From NCBI GenBank assembly GCA_963718895.1, contig CAVRAG010000005.1:1-24986 (forward strand): a stretch of DNA of 24,986 bases, in the 5' to 3' direction. The notes under the pieces were generated by a model. The model made no database searches and was not told the DNA's origin. It saw only the letters and a list, made by a program, of their open reading frames with translations. The DNA is from an uncultured Nitrososphaerota archaeon. Its GTDB lineage: Archaea > Thermoproteota > Nitrososphaeria > Nitrososphaerales > Gagatemarchaeaceae. A program made the position numbers and the translations under genes. Within the stretch, counting starts at the first letter, position 1. Each line of letters opens with the position of its first letter. Positions 9,691-16,199 of this stretch are shown here, in pieces.

Positions 9691-9920
9691 AGTATACGCT
9701 CTGGGAAATCGATGTCGATAGTGTGTATACACTCTGGCCTGCGCGGGACATTCTGTATACACAATGGGAAGTCGGCGGGGACAGAGTGTAACACCGCCAG
9801 GAAGAATGCTTTGGCCCACAGTAAGCTGTCTGCCGGGGTGCTCCTGACGAGTGTGTACACAGTGTCATCGCGGTGACAGAACGTATGCGCCGGGCAGAAC
9901 CGGACCCGCGGTGCGTATAC
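9691..9920. repeat. Array A: about 8 short GTATAC-like palindromes at ~32-bp spacing
   Basis: GTATAC at 9692, 9725, 9755, 9915; variants GTGTAACAC 9786, ACAGTAAGCTGT 9818, GTGTACAC 9853, GTATGC 9883. Confidence 0.6.
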
Positions 9921-9965
9921 GTTTGGCGGGGGCGGAGTGTCTTGTTTAGTCCCGTTTCATGTGGT

Positions 9966-10099
9966 TTGGCAACCCTGATGTCAAGCTTGCCAAGAAAGGG
10001 CCTAGGGTTGCCAAGAACTGGTGTCAGGGTTGCCAAATTAGGGTCCAGGGTTGCCAAATTTCCGAGAGCTTTGGCAACCTTCGCGACCTTCGTTAAATA
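9966..10099. repeat. Array B: iteron-like (AGGG)TTGCCAA repeats at 21-bp period, followed by TTAAATA
   Basis: TTGCCAA at 9987, 10008, 10030, 10051; inverted TTGGCAA at 9966 and 10071; TTAAATA at 10093. Confidence 0.85.
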
Positions 10100-10237
10100 C
10101 TGATCAGGCCTTTGACGGCGTATTTCGTCTATCTCTATGAATGCGGTAAGAAGCTGTGACCTCAGGGCCAGCGTGGGCTACCGAACCCCTGTCTGCCAAT
10201 GGGGTTGAACCAAGTGCCCACTCCTAGGTGATGCAGC

Positions 10238-10398
10238 TAATGCCCAAGGGTTGGGCATTATTTCAATCGAAGCGTGCACAAGGGTTGTGCATTACCCCGA
10301 ACCGCTCAATGCACAAGCGTTGTGCATTGTTTCAATCAAGCAATGCTCAAGGGTCGAGCATTATCTTAGATCAAACAATGCTCAAGCGTTGAGCATTA
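10238..10398. repeat. Array C: five 23-bp palindromes AATGCNCAA-G(G/C)G-TTGNGCATT at 34/35-bp period
   Basis: Units start at 10238, 10272, 10307, 10341, 10376; spacers are 11-12 bp. Confidence 0.9.
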
Positions 10399-10406
10399 GT
10401 CAGATT

Positions 10407-10484
10407 AGTCGCAACCCTTGCGACTTCTTAGTCGCAACCCTTGCGCCTCTGGGGAAATTCGCTGGGGGCGTCAACCCTTGCGAC
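10407..10484. repeat. Array C': three (AGTCG)CAACCCTTGCG(AC) palindromes
   Basis: Copies at 10407-10425, 10430-10448 and ~10467-10484; the core is the reverse complement of the array C core CAAGGGTTG. Confidence 0.8.
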
Positions 10485-10579
10485 CGATCTCTTTGCTTCC
10501 GCCTAGTGTGAAACAATTGGATGAAGACCGCATCCCAAGCATTCACTTTCCAATTCATGACGGCGATTCCGCCAAAATA

Positions 10580-10698
10580 GATGTTGCCAACTGATGTTGC
10601 CATCATGTTGCCAAATCACCGTCGGATGTTGCCAAATCGAGCTCGGATGTTGCCAACATGAGCTGCCTGATGGCAACATGTCGAGGGGGCGTTAAATA
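10580..10698. repeat. Array D: iteron-like GATGTTGCCAA repeats, followed by TTAAATA
   Basis: TTGCCA(A/T) at 10584, 10597, 10608, 10629, 10650; inverted ATGGCAACAT at 10670; TTAAATA at 10692. Confidence 0.85.
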
Positions 10699-10929
10699 CA
10701 GACGGCGCATTCTTTGTCATCTATCTCTCTTACTCTCTCTGAATCGGCAAGGAAATGGCAACGTGGTGCCCTAGGTTCTCAGTGGCAACCATAGAAACGA
10801 TACTATTCCCACTTGTGGAGACGTCAGAGCGCAATCGATATCTTGGAATTCGTCCCTAGAATGTTTTCCACCCGTGAACTCATCGCCTTCAGGAAACCCG
10901 TTGCGGATATGATTCATACTCCCACTATA

Positions 10930-10939
10930 TTTTTTTTTT
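10930..10939 (+). terminator. Oligo-T tract, candidate archaeal terminator
   Basis: Run of 10 T at the end of the non-coding block. Confidence 0.35.
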
Positions 10940-10978
10940 GAACGATTTTCAGTCTACTGCTTCCTGAACAAACCCACC

Positions 10979-11232
10979 TTATCGGATCGCCGATCGCTGG
11001 CGCTTGAACCAATCATCCTTGATCGCCTCCCACAGCGTAGGCAGCTCCGGTGACAACGCCAGGAGGTCGCTGCTCGTGAATGAGCCCACCCTTGATTGCC
11101 GCTTGAAATGCCCGTCTTGGGACCAGACCGGCGCGCCTTCTTTCAGTGCCAGGGCGATGAACTCCGAGTCGTTCGGGTCTATGCGGGCCAACACCGCAAC
11201 AGTCTCTGTCGGGCGCTTAGAGCCAGAATCAC
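10979..11232 (-). pseudogene. PIN/VapC-domain remnant (C-terminal half only)
   Basis: 'DPNDSEFIALAL...VWSQDGHF' matches PIN C-terminal acidic motifs; an in-frame stop lies just upstream and no N-terminal acidic motif is visible. Confidence 0.7.
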
Positions 11233-11264
11233 GCTAATTCCATCATTGATAGCCGGCGCCCCCC

Positions 11265-11467
11265 TCAGTTCTCGGGCAGGACAAAGCACAACCGAGGGAC
11301 TCGAGGAGGCATCCAACCTTCGCTACGGAGAAGAGAAGTTCATCGTAAACGCCAAGATAGGGCAGGGAATCCTTGTGACGTAGGAGGGGCGTATTCCTTT
11401 CTATAACTTCCTCAGCGACGAGGAGAGAAGGCTGTTCACCACGAGACCGAAGGAAGTCACGGCTTGA
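11265..11467 (+). pseudogene. 3' remnant of a probable VirB4-like ATPase gene
   Basis: Reading through TAG 11381-11383 gives 'LEEASNLRYGEEKFIVNAKIGQGILVT*EGRIPFYNFLSDEERRLFTTRPKEVTA*', which resembles VirB4-family C-termini (GxGLL...IPF...TTKPxE) as I recall them. Family call not search-verified. Confidence 0.55.
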
Positions 11468-13278
11468 ACCCTACAAAGCAAAGCGGCGGGTTGTCGGTAT
11501 GCGCCGACCTTTAATTTTCTTGTGGCGGCAAGAGCGAGTAACAGAACCACCCCGGCCACGACAGCGACTTGCGTGACGTAAGCAGTAGAAAGGGATGTGC
11601 TCGATGCTTGGCTTGAACTCGTAGAGCTAGACGAAGCGCCAGAACTGGTACTCCCAGAGAAACTGTTCGAAGAAGACACGCTGCTGCCGGATGCTCCGGA
11701 ACCCGTCGTTGTCGAAATTGTTGAGCTGGCGGTGGTTGGTGTCGATGAAGACGAGGAACCCGTGCTGGTCGTCGTTGTCGTCGCTCCTGGCACGACGAAC
11801 TGTAGCAACAGTATCTGCCCCCACTCGTCTTCTCCCATCACCGTGTAGATGCCTGGAGGGAACACGTTGTAGACCCCGGGCGCCGTCGAGATCTCCACGC
11901 CACCTGTCCAGTATCCGCCAAACGCGCCCTGGACGGTGTTGTTCCCCAGAGGAGATAGCGACGTTGGGGTCATCGTTTCGGTGCAGCTCCGCTGCACGTT
12001 AGTGTTGTAGAGCGTGAGGGGCTGCGAGTCGGCGTTGTAGCCAGTAGCTGTCAAGTTTCCGCTGAATATCCCGAAGGCCAGCGAGGATGGGAACGCGCAC
12101 CCGTCGTTGTCGGAGAGGGCCCCTGAGTTGTACGCCCACTGGCTTGCATAGGGCACGACGTTCGTGGAATTGCGGACGTTCACGAGGGCCAGCGTTACGG
12201 TCACATTTCGCGAGGATACTCCGGAGAGCTGGAGCACGAGGTTGATGCCCAGTGTTGAGTTGGAGGTCGATGCCGACGTGGCGGTGGTCACCCCGCCAGG
12301 TGCCGTTGTACTGCTGGTAGAGGTCGTGCTCGGACCGGGGGCCACCTGGAAGTTGGCGTAGACCGTCTGGTTCCACAGGTCTTGAGCCACTATCGTGTAC
12401 GAACCTGGAGAGAACTGGTGGAAGTAGTCGGCGTAGACGGCAGCCAGACCCTGAGTGATCGTGCTGTTCGATCGGCTATCGATTCCAACGTAGGTGCCGT
12501 TGACTGGCGTGGTCCAGTAGCCGCTCAGGGCGCCCGTGCTGGTGCCGCACCCCCAAGCGAGTTCCGTGCCGCTGAAGGTGGTCGTCACGCCGTCCTCGCT
12601 CCCGTAGCCGCTCACGGCATATGGAGAGGTGGTGCAGATTCCGGTCGTGGCGTTCACCTGCATCTCGGTCGATTGCGTCTTGAAGACGCTGCTGAACGAG
12701 GAGTTGGCCGACATGGTGGCAACGACGCTCTCGGGCGCGAACTGCACGTTCTGGATGTACGCCTCATCGCCGAACTTGTTCGGGCAGCTCGCGGACGCCA
12801 CGGGGGGAGTCAGCAACATGGGCGCACCGGCTCGCGAGAGGTTCCCGGAAGCATAGTGCCCCTGGAACAGGGCGAACCCGAAGATACCGTCCACGGAGGT
12901 AAGCCCGCAAAGCGAATCGTAGCTGTCCCAGTTCACGATGCCGGCGTCGGCGGAAAAGTTAGGGGTGAGCGAAAGATTCGTGGGAAGGGTGTTGAAGAGG
13001 TACACCTGCGCCATCAGACCCGAATTCTGCGGCATCTCGGTCGTATTCATCCTGATCCGAAGCTGGAGGCCCGTGGGAGAGACCTGCGAATAGAAGGTCG
13101 ACGCCTCCCCACTCGCCGTCGCGGACGACGTGCTTGTCGAGCGGGTCGGGACAGAATTCGTTGAGCCCGGCTGGGTCCCGAGCACATAGGCGACACTGAC
13201 TCCCGCAGCCACTACGAGAACCACTATGACAAGTGCAACCAGGATGCCTGTGCCGACCGCGGGGCGAGAGGAGTTCAA
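11401..13278 (-). CDS. Large Ser/Thr-rich cell-surface protein with two tandem homologous domains and N- and C-terminal TM segments
   Basis: N-terminal hydrophobic helix, S/T linkers, many NxS/T sequons. Repeated domain ends 'FSPGSYTIVAQDLWNQTVYANFQV' and 'FPPGIYTVMGEDEWGQILLLQFVV'. C-terminal 'VAVVAGVVLLLALAATRK'. Confidence 0.8.
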   Translation of the reverse strand: MNSSRPAVGTGILVALVIVVLVVAAGVSVAYVLGTQPGSTNSVPTRSTSTSSATASGEASTFYSQVSPTGLQLRIRMNTTEMPQNSGLMAQVYLFNTLPTNLSLTPNFSADAGIVNWDSYDSLCGLTSVDGIFGFALFQGHYASGNLSRAGAPMLLTPPVASASCPNKFGDEAYIQNVQFAPESVVATMSANSSFSSVFKTQSTEMQVNATTGICTTSPYAVSGYGSEDGVTTTFSGTELAWGCGTSTGALSGYWTTPVNGTYVGIDSRSNSTITQGLAAVYADYFHQFSPGSYTIVAQDLWNQTVYANFQVAPGPSTTSTSSTTAPGGVTTATSASTSNSTLGINLVLQLSGVSSRNVTVTLALVNVRNSTNVVPYASQWAYNSGALSDNDGCAFPSSLAFGIFSGNLTATGYNADSQPLTLYNTNVQRSCTETMTPTSLSPLGNNTVQGAFGGYWTGGVEISTAPGVYNVFPPGIYTVMGEDEWGQILLLQFVVPGATTTTTSTGSSSSSTPTTASSTISTTTGSGASGSSVSSSNSFSGSTSSGASSSSTSSSQASSTSLSTAYVTQVAVVAGVVLLLALAATRKLKVGAYRQPAALLCRVQAVTSFGLVVNSLLSSSLRKL

Positions 13279-13376
13279 CTCAACGTTACCTCGTCGACTG
13301 TATCGGCGCGCCTTATGTTGTTATTCCAGACCATTCGGGACAAATTATATAACATGAAAGTCGCCTTTCTGGAAGG

Positions 13377-13931
13377 TTGTTCAAGCGCAGCATCCTATTC
13401 ATTGCGCTCCTCGCCTTCGCAATCCTGAACACACTACTTCTCAGCTTGCTCCTGGTCGGCGTCCAAGTTCCCGGCACGCCCCCGAACTATGCGAACTCGT
13501 CGGAGCCATTCCAAATTCCACCCCCGCCCCTGCAAGATGTGCCTCTGGTGGCGCTTCAGACGCATTCCCTCGCGCTGGTACCGATAAGCTGGGCCGCGGT
13601 GGTCGGGGCATGGATCTGGAGGGGGAGAGCGAAATCAGACTGGACTCGGCGGGGGCTGGACCAGAGTCTCTTCAGGCTCCTGCTCCAGATGAAAGGAGGC
13701 GAGACGAGGACGACGATCCTGAAAGAGCTGCTGACGCCAAAGGACAGACTTCAGCTCGCGAACGACCTCGGTCTGGACTGGGCGACGATAGACTATCACA
13801 TACAGGTCCTTCTCAAGCATGGGCTGGTGCAGGAGAAGACCGCGTACGGGAACGTGAAGCTCTACGAGCTGACGCCGGTCGGCAACACCCTTCTCAACGC
13901 GCTCGAGGAGATGAGCAGAAGGCCGAAGTAA
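13377..13931 (+). CDS. Membrane-anchored ArsR-like winged-helix regulator
   Basis: Two hydrophobic segments, then 'GGETRTTILKEL...DRLQLANDLGLDWATIDYHIQVLLKHGLV...YELTPVG'; TATA-like TTATATAA at ~13345. Confidence 0.8.
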   Translation: MFKRSILFIALLAFAILNTLLLSLLLVGVQVPGTPPNYANSSEPFQIPPPPLQDVPLVALQTHSLALVPISWAAVVGAWIWRGRAKSDWTRRGLDQSLFRLLLQMKGGETRTTILKELLTPKDRLQLANDLGLDWATIDYHIQVLLKHGLVQEKTAYGNVKLYELTPVGNTLLNALEEMSRRPK

Positions 13932-13939
13932 GCGCCCAC

Positions 13940-14015
13940 ATTCCCTTTCTACAACTTCCTCAGCGACGAGGAGAGAAGGCTCTTCACGACGAAGCCGAAG
14001 GAAATTACCGCCTGA
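13940..14015 (+). repeat. Second, diverged copy of the VirB4-like 3' end (FYNFLSDEERRLFTTKPKEITA*)
   Basis: Aligns with 11393-11467 with 9 substitutions and 1 indel; both copies end in an in-frame TGA. Confidence 0.85.
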
Positions 14016-14430
14016 GTTTTCGCAAGGGGCTACTTGAAAGTCTGCCGTAAACGATGGTGCCTAGACCGGCCGCCGCTACCACGAGCCCTGCATACATCGG
14101 CACGTTATAGCTAGCCAGATTGCAAGTCTCGGCCCTCAGGAACCCGCTAAAGCACTGTGTCTGGGTCAGGACCAGGAACGATCCGATGGATACTATCAGT
14201 GCAATCGACACCGTCGTCCATACGGCATCCACGAAGAGGTTGGAGAGCGCGTTTGGAGTCCTCCACTTCTGAAGAACGCCAAGACAGGCAAAGAGACCGC
14301 CTCCAAAAACTCCCAGCCCCCCGAAATGGACCAGGGCCAGGTTCAGCGGAATGGCAATGTCTTCTTCCCATAGGACGAACGAGACCGCTCCGAACGCGAC
14401 GAGTACCAGGCTCAGCCGGGAGAAGTTCAT
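14005..14430 (-). CDS. Hypothetical 4-TM membrane protein
   Basis: Four hydrophobic stretches; Cys pair in the loop 'QCFSGFLRAETCN'. Confidence 0.6.
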   Translation of the reverse strand: MNFSRLSLVLVAFGAVSFVLWEEDIAIPLNLALVHFGGLGVFGGGLFACLGVLQKWRTPNALSNLFVDAVWTTVSIALIVSIGSFLVLTQTQCFSGFLRAETCNLASYNVPMYAGLVVAAAGLGTIVYGRLSSSPLRKLRR

Positions 14431-14465
14431 CGTTCAGCCTTCGTGATACAGCGAATCCTCACATC

Positions 14466-14969
14466 CTAAATGTTTTTGGCCAAACGGTTTGGTTTTTGTT
14501 CGTCTCTTTGTTGGTTCGTTGTCTTCAATGAATAGACCAAGCCGACGAGAGAGATTAGTGTGAGTATGGGGCCGATTGCTACATACGCGTCGAAGGAAGT
14601 GCAGAACGTTCCCGTCGTTCCAAAGGGCCCAAAGGGGTCGCAGATACCAGTGGAGCCGAAGAACATCAGGATTCCGGTGGCTATTCCGACTACAAAGACC
14701 GACCTGGCGAACCAGAGTACCCAGGCGGTCGATTCGAGGCTTCTCCTCCTCTTCACAGCATAAGCCAAGGTGATCACGGAAAGCAGTACGAGCAAGATCC
14801 CTATCGCTACCAGAGAAGAATCCTGCTCGACCACAAAGCCACCTGACTCGCATGCCCCGGGCCGGATAGGTCCGATGGTGTAGCAGAGGTCGAAGAGTCC
14901 GGCGCCCAAGAAGTACGACCCAAGGGACAGCCCGATCGCACAGGCAAGCCCGATTGTCCATAGTTTCAA
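14466..14969 (-). CDS. Hypothetical 4-TM membrane protein
   Basis: Four hydrophobic stretches; two loops each with a Cys pair ('CYTIGPIRPGAC', 'CDPFGPFGTTGTFC'). Confidence 0.6.
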   Translation of the reverse strand: MKLWTIGLACAIGLSLGSYFLGAGLFDLCYTIGPIRPGACESGGFVVEQDSSLVAIGILLVLLSVITLAYAVKRRRSLESTAWVLWFARSVFVVGIATGILMFFGSTGICDPFGPFGTTGTFCTSFDAYVAIGPILTLISLVGLVYSLKTTNQQRDEQKPNRLAKNI

Positions 14970-15437
14970 TTGCGGGCATGCCGCATCAGTAATCCAGATA
15001 TTTCAATACCCCGACGAGTTATCAGAACCGTCCGAACGACGGGATTTGCGACTTGCTCCATTCCCACCCATTCTTACGGTCAGACACAGCAGCGAGCCCC
15101 TAACTCCTAATCCGATTGTTTCTTGCTTCTCGAAATCTTTCCCAAGAAGTACAGCCCGACCACGAGGAACCCGAAGAAGGTCATGAGGAAATACTCCTCG
15201 TCCCGCGGCGGTGGTATATGCATGACTTTATTGACGCGCCAGTGGCCACTGCGACACTAGCAAAGCGGGTCCGCCCCCATCTTGGTGCAGACCTTAGTCG
15301 ATTCATACCATTCCTGATTAGGAGCGCGAAGTGTGGCCTGAAGACCGTGGTGCTTTTAACGGAGAGTTTCGTCTTGTTACTTACAATGGAACCCAGAACG
15401 AATGAAGAATCTGGGTATCGAACCCCGGGGAGTCCAG

Positions 15438-15457
15438 TTCCCGTCGGGCCCGCCTCC
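15438..15457 (+). repeat. att site, right copy (TTCCCGTCGGGCCCGCCTCC)
   Basis: 20/20 identity with 6549-6568; the match breaks on both sides. Confidence 0.9.
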
Positions 15458-15584
15458 GTTCGGGTTCGAGTCCCTTGTCCCCCTCGCGCGTTCATCGCTT
15501 GTGGGCATACAGACAGTTTACTCACCTCAGCATATAAACGCCAATCCCGGAGACGCCGCAACATCTGCAGTCCTGAATTCTATT

Positions 15585-15645
15585 TGTCGAAGTATATGTA
15601 GCGGTTAACCACCACATCCCTTTTGTTCCAACACTTCGCCGTGCA
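15585..15645. repeat. 61-bp intergenic repeat, copy 1 (internal palindrome)
   Basis: 52/61 identical, ungapped, to 17878-17938. Confidence 0.85.
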
Positions 15646-15733
15646 GGTATAACTTTACCGTGCACCTGCACGTGCCCCGGCTTGAAGTGGCACTAGGTTC
15701 GGCTTAAATCGGAGTCCCAACACCAACCGAACC

Positions 15734-16174
15734 ATGTCTTCACGCAGGCAGGGGTTCAAGCGGGTCTTGGTGGCCGTGGACGGCTCGGAAGTCTCGCTCC
15801 GCGCCATGGAGCACGCTGTCAGGATAGCGAAGCAGGACGCCGCTCAACTCATCGCCCTTCACGTGGTCCCGGCTCCCCCCTTCGAGACGGTCGGCGAGTT
15901 CGGGGAGTACTACAACATCGCAAGAAGGGAATCGAAGAAGTGGCAAAAGGAGGTCGAGGCGATCGCGGAATCGCAAGGACTCGCCGCGAAGGTCGAGGTC
16001 CTAGTCGGAGCCTACTCCGTCCTGGACGCGATAATCGGGTACGCCGAGGCCAGCTCGGTCGACCTCATTGTCAGCGGGACGAGGGGGCGAACACCATCAG
16101 CCAAACTGCTCCTCGGAAGCGTCGCTTCCGGCCTGGTCGAGTACGCTGGGTGTGCCGTCTTGGTGGTAAGGTAG
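15734..16174 (+). CDS. Universal stress protein (UspA family)
   Basis: 'VLVAVDGSE', 'ALHV', 'DLIVSGTRG', 'LLGSVASGLVEYAGCAVLVVR'; TTAAAT box at 15704. Confidence 0.95.
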   Translation: MSSRRQGFKRVLVAVDGSEVSLRAMEHAVRIAKQDAAQLIALHVVPAPPFETVGEFGEYYNIARRESKKWQKEVEAIAESQGLAAKVEVLVGAYSVLDAIIGYAEASSVDLIVSGTRGRTPSAKLLLGSVASGLVEYAGCAVLVVR

Positions 16175-16199
16175 CCAAGAGCCTTGAAGGTCCCCGGAG

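Larger units (their letters stand above)
6549..15457. mobile_element. tRNA-Lys-integrated element / genomic island (~8.9 kb), apparently decayed
   Basis: Flanked by identical 20-bp direct repeats of the tRNA 3' end. The integrase lies immediately inside the left end; the interior holds TA genes and gene remnants. Confidence 0.88.

Noticed and set aside
10238-10398. CRISPR array
   Set aside because: Spacers are only 11-12 bp and partly repeated, the repeats are full palindromes that vary between units, and no cas genes are in the window.
9653-10606. ORFs 9653..10057, 9873..10103, 10251..10511 and 10400..10606 as proteins
   Set aside because: Their periodic peptides (LATL, RVAK, NAQAL) are translations of the DNA repeats on either strand; the palindromic and inverted copies argue for DNA- or RNA-level function.
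15000-15437. ORFs 15116..15601 and 15181..15564
   Set aside because: They run across the att site and lack protein-like features; at most gene debris.
15411-15480. A second tRNA gene at the right att site
   Set aside because: Only the 3' 20 bp and T-arm-like scraps are present; no D-arm or anticodon arm can be folded.
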